DNA of 32,000 nucleotides from Zygophlyctis sp. KS116 (GCA_054661495.1 BAAFSQ010000040.1:24148-56147); one strand, 5' to 3'; positions 1 to 17,588 are shown, counted from the first letter of the stretch. The notes: a model not told the origin generated them from the sequence alone. Made by a program: numbers and translations.

Positions 1-3000
1 CAATCTCTACCCCAGGGAATAAATCTGAAAGGATTCCCATGAAGAGCGGAGTATCGTCCGCTGTTAACTTAGGAACATTATTGTCCCGCATTGAAATAAA
101 TAGTACGGCTTCATCATTAATAAGCATATCCTGTCGTTTTCTCGACCCAGCGCTGCGCAAAGCCGATGTTAGCGCTCTCAATCCAAAATCATAGTGATCC
201 TGTTTTGAAAGCTGCTGAATCGCCAGCCTATACAGAGTGTCAACCTTTTTAGATAGAATCTTGGTATTGGAAAATCCTTCAGCGAAAAGCATGATCTCTG
301 CAATCAGGCATGAATCCGGAACCATCATGGAGACTGGTCTAAAGAGTGCTTTAAGATTATCTGGCAACTCCACTCGGCCTGCATATCCAGGATTCATTGT
401 AATAAAAATTCCACAACTAGTATTAAGACGAATTTCTTTTCCTTCAAAAGTAAAAACTTTCTGATTTCTCGAAATGGCGTTCAAAACGCAACTAATTTGC
501 AGAGCTACCACACTTAGAACTTCAATATCTATCCGATTAAACTCATCAAAACAGCCCCAAGCCCCAGTTTGAGCTAGTCCAGAAAACATTCGCCCAATAC
601 TTATATAGTCGAGAGTATCAGAACAATTTTGAACAATTACATATTTGCCCAAATTTTTGCCAAGATCTTTAACAGTCTCAGTTTTGCCAGTTCCAGCCGG
701 ACCCTGCGGACTTCCACCCCTAAACAAATGCAGAGCAGTCGTCAAAGTCATATAGCATCTATCTGTAAGTGGGGTTATTACTAGACGGCCGCTATTCCCG
801 AGATATTCATATCCAAAGCGGAAATGAGTATTGATTTGCTTAATATAACAGTCTTCATCATCCTTCCCTTCCCTGTCCCAATAGTAACGCAGCTGGCTAA
901 GCCACTCAAATGCAGTGACAGTCTCGCAATGCCCCTTCACCATCTTATCAATGACATCTCTGGAATGGACCTCGATAGTTATTAGTGCTATCAACTTCTT
1001 TCGTTCGATTTTGGTCAAAGGAGTCTTAACAAGCTCTGCAAGTTTTTTCAGTCCGCTCATTTGCTTCTTCTTTAACATTTTCAGAGCTGATTTATCACCA
1101 TTCTCAATCTCGATCAAGGCTTTGGTACAGTCCGAAGTCCATGATATTAAGCTTGATGTAATCAGTAGCATTCCAGGCCAATCCCGAAGCCACTTATCCC
1201 TTTTGGCCTTTTTCATATTTGATAATGTTTGGCCTTTTTCATGAAACGTCTTTAACATACCTAAGAGCTTCCTTAAGGTGAGTCTCATCATTGATTCAAT
1301 ATCTGTTAACCACATTTCAACAGGAGCTTAATGTCATAAAAATAAAAAAACTTACTATCAATCGTAACTGCGTTGGAGAACTGTACATATTCACCATCTC
1401 TAAAATTTATTTCATCAAACTTACCCAGAGTGCATACCAACCGCTTCATGCTGACGCCTATTATCCGTTCCAGCTAAAAAAAGCTCTAATTTGTACAAAT
1501 TATCAAAACACTTCTTTAAATGCGGTTGGATAGACATGGGGTCTTTCGCTTGTCCAAGAATTTCCAAAAGATCATCATTTGAAATAAAGTAAAACCGGGG
1601 AAAAGCTTGTCGTTTCGTTTCTAGATACATATCTAGAGATTTTTGGATTTTTTCAAGTTTTGTATTCATTTCATTTAAATCTTCCAAAATGTTAGGAACT
1701 TGTATAGCCTTAAGTACTAGTCTATCAGCTCGCATTTTCTGAAGAATCGACTTCCATTTTTTGTTAATGGCATCAAAAGTTGTCGATTCTTTTGGAAGTT
1801 GTTTTCGGATATCTTCTGTTCCTACAAAAATATTTTCTAAATACATCCATTGTCGCTGAACTTGGAGTAAAGTTTCTATTATTTCTACAACCCGAAAGAG
1901 TGTCATTTCCCAGTAATCGACTTCCTTTTTAAATGCCAAAAAGAACTTAGAAGCCTTCATTGAAGATAGAGTGACCTGATTATCTTCAAGTAATTCAAAT
2001 ATTCCATCTGTAGTCTTTATGCGATAATAACCTTTTTCCTCTTTGTAAGCTCCTATATCCAATTCCAGTACTGCCCATGCCTGGCTTATAGTCTTAAGTC
2101 CTTCCTCGATAGAAAGTTCCTTTGATGCAGCGCCTGAAAGATTGGAAATTAATTCGGAATATTGATCTAGACCCAAACTTATGATCTTTTCTAATGAAAA
2201 TTCGGAACTTTCAGGATCGAAGGGCTTTCCTACTTCATCAATAAGTTGTCTCCAATGACGAGCACGAAGAGCAGGATTTTTCAAATCTTGAAGTAGCGGT
2301 AACGTCCTTTTGGTCTGATTAATACGATCTCGTGTAACCTATTATTATTCTTATTATCTTATTCTTACAGTGAAAACGTTCCAGCTTTTTATATCTTTTC
2401 CTAATTTGTTGACTTTTTTTGAAAACTTCTGCACTATTTCCTCAATTTCTGCTGAATCAAGAGCTAGAAATGCCTTTGTTCTCCAAGTATTATAGACTTC
2501 ATCCCACTCTTGACAAAGAGACCAACTCTGATGGAGCAGATCCAAATCTGAAACAAGTTCTTCGAATTAGAAATCATTTGAAAAATATATACCTTCAATA
2601 TCTTTTGAAGGAGAATGGTCCATTTTGAACACAGTAAGACCGCGCTGAATATTGCGCTCATTGTTTGCAAACGTGGCGATTGAATTTCTGTAATCATTGA
2701 TTAATTTAAAGGACTTTTCCAAACCAAAAGAAATATTAAATGGACCTTTTGAAAGAAAATCTTCTTTCAAAACTACTGCAGATCTAGAAAACTCGTCCAC
2801 AGAAGACAAAAGCTCTGCCTTGAACTTTGATTTAGTGTCGTGAAGATATTTTTCGGAATCTTGAAGAGTTTTCTGGAAGTTAGCCCAAGCCTGCGGAAGA
2901 TCTTCTAACTTTTGTTTCTCTTCGGGTTTAACAGCTACCTCGTACTTTTCTAAGATGGCATACTGCTCGTGAATCGGTTGAAATTGTGCCTCAATATTGG

Positions 3001-6000
3001 CGAGATCCCCCTGAGTTTGGTTAAGAATATTGAGACATTCAGAAAGCTGCTCCAAATCTACTGGTGGGGTGGTTAATTTATCAGTTTTCCTATCAAACAT
3101 TTCAAACAAGCTATTTAATTCCGACCATGCGTTTCTATTCAAAAGTGTCTAATTATAAAATTCTTCAAATTTACCGTTAACTTATTTTGCCAGGCATGGC
3201 AATGGGCCATCAGACTATGTTTGAGAAGACTACAATCAAGCCGAACAAAACTGACATTTGTGAAAGTCTCTTCTTTTTGAGTATTATTAGCAACTTCGCT
3301 GTATCTGCTAATATCCGCATCAAAAGTAGATAATGCTGGTTTCAATTTTGCATATCTGCGGATAAAAGCATCCTTGTTAATTTCCCAGATCTCACGGTAT
3401 GCATCCCATGTACGAAGATAGGCTTGACACCTTGCTGCATTTGCTGACATCCCATTTTGAATATTGACAAATATCTTTAAAACGTCTTCTTCATTAGCAA
3501 TAATATCAAACATCTTGGAAGTTTTTTTAGAACTATCTGGAGCCAAGACTTCTGATAATCGCGGTACGACTGCAATGGTGTTAATCATTTCACGAGCGAT
3601 TTCATTGACGGTTTCCTCTAATTTGGGTAAATTAGGGCTAAAGTCAACTTTCTGCATTTCCAGCACAACGTTAACTTTAAAAATGGGATAAATTTCCATG
3701 CCAGATTCCCGATTTTTTCCACCCTCCCCATTAATGGACTTCGATATTTCCAAAATAGATTTCTTAAACGTGGTACGTAAGGCTTCTTCAATCATTCCAT
3801 CTACTTTTTCTATAAATAGCAGCCATTGTAAATAAATATCCTTGCCATCGTTTTTAAAACTTTCGAAAGTTGATTCTAGTATTGATTTGGCATCTTCGTG
3901 GGCTTGAATGAGTTTAACTTTAACAGAACTTCTACATGCTTGTTGCGCTTGTGTAAATTCTTCTAAATCATAGATACGTTTTGATTCAATATTCCAAAGG
4001 GGAGTCTGTGATATGGAACTGCAAATTTTGGCAATTTTTTCCTTCACCAATATGAAATCCGCAACAATTTTCTGCACTTCATGAGAATGTCTTCTGCATT
4101 CTTTTACAAAAAAATCTGTGATCCCTTTAGATGTCCAGGTCAGATTCGTCAAACCCTACAGTTAATTAATAGCGTATTACCGGCTTTATCTTTTTATCCA
4201 AATATCGGATTCTCTCTTTGAATAAAAGATGCTCCTCCTTAGTCAATGTATTGACAATGTTGTTATAATCTCGAACTACTAGCTGAACATTTTCTCTTAA
4301 TGTTCTCAGTTCCTCTTTCTTAGAATATATTTCTTGGACATGAAACGGGATATCTGCCTTTAGCTTCTGAAATAATGAGATTTCCGCAAAAAGTCTTAAA
4401 ATATCTTTATCAAATTTGATTTCCAGCAATTCCCCGTGAAAATTCATAAGAGTGCCATTAAGCTTGTTATCTAATGTAGGCGGAATAGTAGCTACCCAAT
4501 CAGCATGAGTTTTCGACGTATACTCTTCAAGAGAAGATATCAGGGATTCTGAAAGTATTTTGGCCTCATCGGCCAAACTTGTTCTTTGCAAATAATAAGT
4601 GGAATTCAAAAGACTGACAGAGTTCTGCACTCTTCTGTGCATTGACCGAGCCCAGAATGCAGATCCAGCGAAATCTGGGTGTGAGCGTAAAATCTCTGGT
4701 GTTTTTCGATGCAACTCGAAATCAGCCTTGATTCCGTTTAACTCAAAAATAAACATTGAATAAACCTAAATTGAGCCGCAAGAATATATATACATCAGAT
4801 GTTTTCTTTTCAACTGATCGTTTAATAGCCTCCCGCTTTGCTAAGCTATGAAATATATCGAGTAATTCCACTCCACTTTCGACAGTAGTCGCACTTTCTA
4901 AAAGGTAAAATTACTAGAACATACCAAATGCGGAAAATATTAAATTCTGCATCATAACCTCTAAATCCTTTACACCCTGTTTAAAAGAATTGTAATCATC
5001 GTGCCATCTAGTTGCTTTAACATCCAAAATAAACGATCTAATATTCCATAAAGATGCTATAAGCTTATTAAAAGAAATTTCAATATCTTCAAGACTATGA
5101 TTAGCACAGAAAAAATACCCTTTCGCTATTTCTATTCCTTTTGAACCTCCAAATATTGGTATATCCAGCTTCTTTCCACCAGGTATAATTCGAGCGAATT
5201 GAATTTGCCCTTCACAAACCTCGATTAGATCCCGACACCGCTGAACAAAAGCATCAATCTGCGCAAAGATGCTTGATTGATCAAAATCCCAGGATTTTTT
5301 TGTGAATCGAAATATATGATCACTGGTTTTTTTGTAGATTGCTTTCCATGATTCACCACAGTTTATACTCTCCTGAAGTACAACTATACTTACATGAACG
5401 TCCCCGTGGAATACATCTTCAAGAGAAATTTTTGCGCAGCATCTTTTAATAATTTCATGGCTTACTTTTCTCAAAAGACTGGTAATTCTCTCTTTGGTGT
5501 TATAATGCTTTGAGTTGGCCCATATCAATCTAACATACATTAGAAAATCAGGTAAAATCGAAGGTATTGTTTGAGGATCGGCTTCGCTAAGGGCCTTGCA
5601 AGAATCAGTTAAAGTCGACAAAAATCTTAAATTGTCTTGCGCCTGTGCAGTTCCCTCTATATATTAAAAATAATATACGAAACCATTAATGAGATTGGAC
5701 AGCCTATTAAACTGATCCAAATAAGAAGATTTTGCCAATTCCAAAACTTTGACGATTCGTACAACCTCCTCCCTATTTATTTGATGACTAATCCCTGATA
5801 AATCGTCGCATCTCCTTCTCCAAAATTCGATTTCCTCTAATGGACCAGAGCTTTCGATAGATTCTGTATTATGCTGAGAATTAATAACTTCCTTGATTTG
5901 GCGAGTCCAATGAACCAACAGACTTTCTAGTCTTTGAACAATATCTTTAGTCTTTGCCACCGCCTCAATATTAGTAAGATCTTCATTGGGAACATATAAA

Positions 6001-6742
6001 ACAGTATGTCCCGAAAGCTGATGAGTTGTATCAGTCAAAAGAGCCATAAATCTATGCAGTTGCAAGTTAAAATCTTTTTTCAGACTTTCTGGCCAGTTCT
6101 TATTAGTGGCAAACAATGGAAGATAAACATTCTCCATTAATCTTAGCAAGCTAGACATTGCATCGCCAGTTAAAGCTCCATATCTTATGACTTCCTCAAA
6201 GTTTATTTCTGTTATTTGATCTTTGGACTGTTTGATAAAGTAGAAAATCTCGGACGCGTTTGAAGGTATTCCATTTTGTAGAACCAACAAATCATTTCCG
6301 ACATAGCCAATCAGCTTAGTCATATCAGAACTAGTCAAAAATTCAAATACGGTGTCCTCATGAGACTCTGTCCACATCTTATCATTATAATCAGTAAGCG
6401 ACAAAACTTGTTTAAATCTTGAAATAACTCGTGTCAGCGTTTGTTTATCCAATGCATTATTGCGTGGCTGAGCCTCCATATCCAAGGCTTCGTCAGTTAT
6501 CTGTGTATGCTCTGAAGCAATTGACATCGCAGACATTTGATTTAAAACGCGTATGGTTAGGTCAAAGTTCTTCAATAAATTTCTTTGAGTCTTTTGTTGA
6601 TCTTGTCCGAATAATTTCAATCTTTTATAATTGCCATTTCGTCCTGCAAATAATTCTATAATTTAAATGATTTGCAATTAAAAGTCTTTTTTCTACTTTT
6701 AGGAGTTGTTTGAGCAGGAGGCGTTTTGTTGACGTCCGCCAT
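1..6742 (-). CDS. DNAH2: Axonemal dynein heavy chain, inner-arm I1/f beta type (DNAH2-like); 5' portion only, continues past window start
   Basis: DHC N1/N2 motifs (GPLEEIEFW, QRQWMYLENIF, KRQAFPRFYFISNDDLLEIL), DNAH2-like 'FDADISRYSEVANNTQKEE', AAA1 P-loop GPAGTGKT (~680-705) and GAWGCFDEFNRI (~530-570). Introns (+ coordinates): 5657-5683, 5095-5118, 4898-4924, 4766-4793, 4156-4180, 3149-3174, 2560-2592, 2339-2368, 1400-1424, 1327-1355, 1234-1260. The start ATG at 6742 requires a tentative 41-nt intron (6656-6696), so the start is less certain than the body. Confidence 0.93.
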
Positions 6743-6761
6743 TGTTTGCATTTAAACCCAA

Positions 6762-8670
6762 ATGGATAGATTCGATATACTGGATATTATAAAAGTACTA
6801 GATACAGTGGGATCAAAAAGGAGATTCTCAAATTTAAATTTAGAAGGTTTTCTTGTCAATCTAATAGTAGATTTACTGGTTGTCTGGAAGGAAATAACTA
6901 GCTATGTAGAAGAACAGTTGCTTCAAAACAGATCAATAAGTGTGCCACAATTAGGAACATTTTACATCTTAAAAGGGACTACAACGACCACTAATTTCAT
7001 CCCATATCATGCTTGGGAGAAGATTCCTGGTTATAAAATTGAAAAGACAACACAACAAGGCTCAATATCTGCTCAAATTCTTAGATTTACCGCAATAGCA
7101 GTTAGATGCAAGATATCGAGAGATGATATTGAAACTGGTTTGAAGGATATTATATATGCACTTACAAAAATTCTAAAAAGGGGATCTGTTGCCATTCTAA
7201 CGATTGGAAATATTGGCAAACTTCATTTCCAAAACAATGCAATTAAAATGAGATACTCAAACTCATTTTTAAAGTTTATAAGTGTTCTTAAGCCTACAGT
7301 TGATCAAGTTCCTCTGCAAAAGTAAATACTTGCTATGTTCTAAAAATTAGGGAGGTAGAGATTAAAGAATCACCCAATGAGGACTTTAAAAAAATAGTAT
7401 CTAAAAAGGCACATGAAAAGCTACCCATTCTTGCAGCTCCGAGAGTACCAAAACCTGTAATAAAAGAGGAAGCACCAAAAATTGAAGATATTGAAGAAAT
7501 TCCCCAAGTAAATATCGAGAAGAGCCAAGAATCTGATCAAAAAGCACTTGAAAAATTACCAGTTATAGAAAAGGAAGTCAAAAAGGGATTTGAAATGGAA
7601 CAAATTGCTCCGGACCCAGAACCCCAACTAGAAGCCCAAAAGAAGAATGAAAGTCTTGAAGAGCTTCAAAGGCTGGTAGAAAACACATTGGGGATGGGAC
7701 ATACTCATACTCATCATTATTCCGGAGATAGACAATGGAATGATGAGAAATGTCCCATTTGCAGAGTAAACGCCCAAAAAGCAGTTTTTGAAACAAAGGA
7801 ACAGACAATTAAAAAGGAGAAGTTGAATGATAAGGCAATAATGACTTTAGCTTTAGAAATTGATAAAGAATTGATCAAAAAGGCTCGAGTAATTTTTTAA
7901 TCTAAATTTTAGGAACTTGATTTAAAAAGACATAATCAAGAGATTGCCAATTCCCAGTTTAATTACCAAAATTTTATAGAAAATGAACAAAAGAAAAAGG
8001 CAGAAGTCAAAAATCATCCAATGGGAAATCTCTTTGAACATAGAATAAGACCAGACCTTGTTGAAAAGTACCAGCAACAACAAGACTTGGCAGATTACTT
8101 GCACCAGCAGGTATTTTAATATATTTAAAAGAAAGATTGACTTTAAACATGAAAAAGCAAGAAAAGAAAAACAGGAAAGGGATTTAGAAAAAATCCAAAA
8201 CCAAGAGCTTATATCTAGAGCGTAAATTAATTATTTACTTAATATAGTTTAAAAAAGTCTGAAATCGATGCAAATTTAACAAAATTAGTCAAATGGAGGG
8301 ATCAGAGAGATGCATTATCGGAGCAGATAAAGGCTAGAAAAGAGAGGGAACAAATTAAACCAGAGTCCCCATGCGAGAATCCTCATGCACGCAGTGAAAG
8401 CTTGATGGTTCTCTACAAGAAGGAAAAGGCAAAACAATTATACTTGGAGCAAATTGAACTGATGAAACAGAAAAAGGAATATGAAGCAAAGATTTCAGAA
8501 CTAGATCGCCAAAACTCTTTGGAGAGAGTTATACATACTCGTAAAAGGTATTTTAACAAAAAAGTAAACAATTTAGATTGGAAAAAGACTTGAAGTCTAT
8601 AAAAATAGCAAAGTATCAACAGCGTAAATCACTAGAAGAATATTGGAAACAACAATTAGCAATGAAATAA
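6762..8670 (+). CDS. CCDC81-like protein (N-terminal HU-CCDC81 domains plus coiled coil)
   Basis: N-terminus 'VWKEITSYVEEQLLQNRSISVPQLGTF' and 'IGNIGKLHFQNNAIKMRY' resemble the CCDC81 HU-like domains; the C-terminus is an E/K/Q coiled coil. Introns 6847-6870, 7322-7350, 7889-7912, 8111-8135, 8222-8247 and 8548-8576 join the ORF pieces in frame to TAA at 8670. Confidence 0.75.
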
Positions 8671-8701
8671 ACGTCATTCCCTTAAAAAGATCCGATTTCT
8701 A

Positions 8702-9435
8702 ATGAGCCAAAAGGATTTAGATTCTAAAAGTTATGCATCAATAGTAATTTCTAGAGCCTGGAAGTCTTATAAGATGAGATCAACATTTGCATGGTTGAAA
8801 TCCAATCTTTTAAAAGCTCAACATACTCTAAGCTCTGATATTCTAAAGCGTCTTAGTCCTAAAGAAGCACAAATACTTAAAGATCCAACATCCAAATCTA
8901 GAATAAGATTTAGATTTGGTGGCACCGATTTCCCACCGACGATATTATTCAAGATCTACACTCTTGGGACTCCAATACAATACTTTAGCGGACATAAACT
9001 CATAAAAAGTGGAAGTCAAGCAGCAAGAGACTCATGCATTATAATGGGGCCCAGAACTTTTTATGAAAACATTGTGATGCAAGAATATCATCATAATTTA
9101 TTTGATATTTATGAAGATTACGAAGTAGGAAATCAGATCGAGGTTGTTAAATATTTAAATTCTCTGGATGAACGTCCTCCTAGTTTAGGAGGAAGAAACA
9201 ATACTTGGCGTGAATTAACCGTTGCCTGTAATTGATTATTATTTAATCTCTAGCATTCTCTACTCAAAATATCAAGTATGATTTTATATCGAGAAAATCA
9301 AGAATTTCTTGTAAGAAATCCATCAAAAAATCTCGAAAGGAAGATGATTTTGCAGATTTAGAAGATGAATTTGGTCTATTGTATGAATGGACTAATAATC
9401 TTGATCTAGATCACTTGGTAGATTATACCTGCTGA
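8702..9435 (+). CDS. CXorf58-like IQ-motif protein (cilia/sperm-associated family)
   Basis: IQ-like 'ISRAWKSY', 'RFRFGGTDFPPTILFKI', 'LGGRNNTWR', C-terminal 'LYEWTNNLD'. One intron, 9228-9253; TGA ends at 9435. Confidence 0.7.
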
Positions 9436-9573
9436 TCTTAATCTCATCCAAACCCCTAAAAATTCTTAGTATACCAAAGATTAAATTTTTATTATAGAAT
9501 TTAAATAATTGTTTTATCTAGTGATTCATTGAGTCGCAAAACATTTTAATCATTGACAAGGCCTAGGTTCAAA

Positions 9574-12838
<3,265 letters not shown>

Positions 12839-12887
12839 TTTAAACACCTAAGGCCGACAACTAATTTTCATTTAATAAATTCTCATC

Positions 12888-13418
12888 ATGGTATCATTAG
12901 GAGTCCCAACCATTTCTATTCTCAGGATCAAGCGGAAAAGAGACTCTGAACCAACAAATATCTTCACTGTTGCTAAAAAAGCAAAGGATTCAAAGTCGGT
13001 CTTTAGATTACTAGAAACTAGTGAAGACGGATCAGTTGAGCGACTTAACTCTGATCTTTCTCCTTCTGCTCAAGTGCAGATCTATGATATTCAAAAGAAT
13101 CATGAGCCTGTGTATTGTAATTTGAGCCTTATGGTTCGAGAGTACTTGAATGTACAAGATTATGTGTATGATATTTATGTGGAAAAACCTGATATTATGG
13201 ATACTTCTCTTGATATTGGAACTTTTAAAGAGCTGGATGAAGATGATCTAGTCTTACTCCAGGATGAAGAATCTGAAGTGGGCCAAGAAGATGATTATGA
13301 CTCAAATGCTGAAGACTATGAAGGAAATGATTATCCAGAAGAAGATTGGGAAAACTCTCAAGAAAATTCATCAATATATTCTTATCAAGAGCAATTATCA
13401 TCTGAAGATGATTTCTAA
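12888..13418 (+). CDS. IWR1: RNA polymerase II nuclear import factor Iwr1/SLC7A6OS
   Basis: 'ILRIKRKRDSEP', 'DYVYDIY' and acidic 'DSNAEDYEGNDYPEED' are Iwr1 signature motifs; no intron needed. Confidence 0.85.
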   Translation: MVSLGVPTISILRIKRKRDSEPTNIFTVAKKAKDSKSVFRLLETSEDGSVERLNSDLSPSAQVQIYDIQKNHEPVYCNLSLMVREYLNVQDYVYDIYVEKPDIMDTSLDIGTFKELDEDDLVLLQDEESEVGQEDDYDSNAEDYEGNDYPEEDWENSQENSSIYSYQEQLSSEDDF

Positions 13419-13490
13419 TAGCATACAATTAATTATTTAGATTCTTTGAATCGTTAATTTCTTGAATAACCACAAAGTATCTTTTAGATC

Positions 13491-14250
13491 TTATATATTT
13501 TTTGAATATGATGATTTATGATTCCTAGAGTATGGACTTTTTGACCTTTTTCTATATCTATCAGGAGTTGGAGACCTCCTATATTTACGTCTAGAATATG
13601 GACTTGGAGATCTTTTATCTCTAGTCCTTTTATCATCTCTTCTTCTTGAATAGTGATCTGGAGACCTTTTATCTCTACTCCTCTTGTCCCTTGCAAGATT
13701 GGCGTCTTTTTCTTGATCTTTTAAAGGTTCAGATATTGACTGCTTGACTTTATCTCCTAAATTCCCCTCATTTCCAACTGGTACATTCAAATGATCCTTG
13801 ATACTATCCTTAAAATTTCGAAGTGATGAACTAGAAAACCCGATTCCCCCTTGTTCTTCGGTATAATTAGCACTAGTGTCTGTAATAACCTGGTTTAATT
13901 CTTGTTTAGATAGCGTCGGAATAGATTTTTTAACTGACGGAGCAGAATATCCCAAAGCTTGAGCAAATGCTTCCTCTTCCTTTCTCTTTATTTCATCCAA
14001 TTCATCTTGAGTATTCACAGTAATATCTTTTCCATCAACTTTCTTGTACCATTCCAAATCTAGAAATTATATAAATTCAAATACCTTTAACTTTTGCATA
14101 TCTAGAACTTATTCCATGTACCGATGATCCCAAATACACACCTTTCCATCGATCATCTCTAATCTTATCCCTTTGATTATAAAGTAAAACATACCAGTCA
14201 AACAGTCCATGTCCACCCCTAGATTTCCTCTCCTTGTTTGATCCGCCCAT
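13491..14250 (-). CDS. MMTAG2/C1orf35-like protein with RS-rich C-terminus
   Basis: Spliced N-terminus RGGHGLFDWDKIRDDRWKGVYLGSSV...KDLEWY matches the MMtag pattern (RGG..FxW..YLG..DLxWY), followed by 'EEEAFAQALG'. Introns 14171-14194 and 14060-14084. Confidence 0.8.
13555..13690 (-). repeat. Imperfect coding repeats in the RS domain (RDKRSP.YSRR)
   Basis: Two similar copies on + strand (ggagatcttttatctctagtcct and ggagaccttttatctctactcct) encode repeated RDKRSP units. Confidence 0.6.
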
Positions 14251-14399
14251 TGATAGTCTTTAGCCAAGGGTCCAATGGTCCAAGGGTACCAAGTATAAGT
14301 AATTTGACACGGGTCCAGTGTCTAGCGTGTGTTTGTGGGGCTACTGTGCTGGCCCAGTGGGAAGTGTGCGTGGGGCGGAAACGTGAAAAATCTTGAAAA
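14251..14399. promoter_or_regulatory. Putative bidirectional promoter between MMTAG2-like and DHH1
   Basis: 149-bp head-to-head gap, GC-richer than the flanks, with an 8-mer tandem CCAAGGGT-CCAATGGT-CCAAGGGT (14264-14287) and GGGGCGG (14372-14378). Confidence 0.5.
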
Positions 14400-15769
14400 A
14401 TGTCGCAGTTGGCAAAACAGTTGGAACAGTCACATGTTAGGTACTTTATAGATTTTAACAATAGTAATCAATCTGATCCAGCATGGAAAGCATCGCTCTC
14501 TCTCCCTCCTAAAGACTCGAGGCCACAGACAGAAGACGTTACACGAACAAAGGGGAATGAATTTGAAGATTATTTTCTTAAAAGAGAGCTATTAATGGGA
14601 ATATTCGAAGCTGGATTTGAAAGACCGTCGCCTATACAAGAAGAAGCTATTCCTATAGCATTGGCTGGAAGAGATATTCTAGCAAGAGCTAAAAACGGCA
14701 CGGGAAAAACAGCGTCATTCATAATTCCAGTTTTAGAAAAAGTAGTTGTTGCAAAAAACGCTATACAAGCACTTATACTAGTCCCAACAAGAGAATTGGC
14801 ACTTCAAACTAGCCAGGTTTGTAAAACCTTGGGCAAACATTTAAATGTACAAGTAATGGTTACAACTGGAGGAACCACACTTAAAGATGATATTCTTAGA
14901 CTCCAACAAACAGGTATTAATTTTGTAGTTTACAAAAAGTTCATATTCTTGTTGCTACGCCTGGTCGTATTTTAGATTTAGCAGGAAGAAATGTAGCAGA
15001 TTTAAGTTCTTGTAGTACATTTGTCATGGATGAAGCAGATAAACTCCTATCACCAGAATTTCAACCAGTTATTGAAAAATTAATAGGATATTGTGCTCCT
15101 GGGAGACAAATTCTACTTTTTTCAGCTACTTTCCCACTTATTGTAAAGGCATTCAAGGATAAATTCCTGGTTAAACCATATGAAATAAATCTTATGGATG
15201 AATTAACACTCAGGGGTATCACACAATACTATGCCTATGTTGAAGAAAGACAAAAGGTTCACTGTCTTAATACTCTCTTTTCAAAGGTATAATATTTAAA
15301 TTTTGTAATTTTTAGCTCCAAATCAATCAATCTATCATTTTTTGCAATTCCACCAGTCGTGTTGAACTTTTAGCAAAGAAAATTACTGAATTAGGATATT
15401 CTTGTTTTTATATTCACGCCCGTATGATTCAGTCTCACCGTAATCGAGTATTTCATGATTTCAGGTCTGGAAAAACTCGACATTTGGTTTGTTCAGATCT
15501 CCTAACTCGTGGAATTGATATCCAAGCCGTGAATGTAGTTATTAATTTTGACTTTCCAAAAGTAATTTTATTTTATTAAATTCTAGAATGCCGAAACTTA
15601 TCTTCATCGTATAGGTCGTTCAGGAAGATTTGGCCACTTGGGACTTGCAATTAACCTAATTACCTATGATGATCGTTTTAATCTCTATAAAATTGAACAA
15701 GAGTTGGGAACAGAGATTGCGCCTATCCCACCAGTGATTGATAAATCACTCTATGTTGCTCCAGAGTAA
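14400..15769 (+). CDS. DHH1: DEAD-box helicase Dhh1/DDX6 (decapping activator)
   Basis: '[33 protein letters not shown]', [25 protein letters not shown]. Introns 14441-14464, 14914-14939, 15287-15315, 15562-15586. Confidence 0.97.
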
Positions 15770-15804
15770 GAACTGGACTTTTGAAACTTGATTTCAAGGT
15801 GTGA

Positions 15805-17294
<1,490 letters not shown>

Positions 17295-17318
<24 letters not shown>

Positions 17319-17588
17319 AAGGAGATAAATGAAATTTGGATCTTGTGATTCAAATGCGATGAACACATTGCATTTTTTACAAGAAAGAAAATTCCTAATT
17401 TCAAATTCCTGTTCTTTTTGAATTATTATTGATTTTGATGCTTGAGCCATAATTTTTATGGGGTAATTAACTCGATCAATGATCCATGATCCATCTGGTA
17501 ATTTCTGAAGAGTATTTGAAGATTTATTATAGAGGAGAAAGTTGATTTGACCACAACAAGAGCAAGAAAAGATTGAAATGTTTTCCAT
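17295..17588 (-). CDS. Small zinc-binding protein, STEEP1/CXorf56 (UPF0428)-like
   Basis: 97 aa with an N-terminal CxC/CG cluster, 'DGSWIID', and 'E.R....CKKC' followed by 'IYLL', a spacing that matches the CXorf56 N-terminal domain as I remember it; intronless. Confidence 0.6.

Noticed and set aside
237-1533. Plus-strand ORFs 237-464, 915-1244 and 1291-1533 (also 2419-2628, 3464-3691)
   Set aside because: Antisense shadows of the dynein heavy chain with no recognisable motifs.
6656-6675. 20-nt GC-AG intron near the dynein start
   Set aside because: Splicing it creates an in-frame TAA; the 41-nt GT-AG alternative keeps the frame but is itself tentative.
6720-6762. RFX X-box upstream of ciliary genes
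   Set aside because: No convincing GTNRCC-N(0-3)-RGYAAC match here or before the TOG gene.
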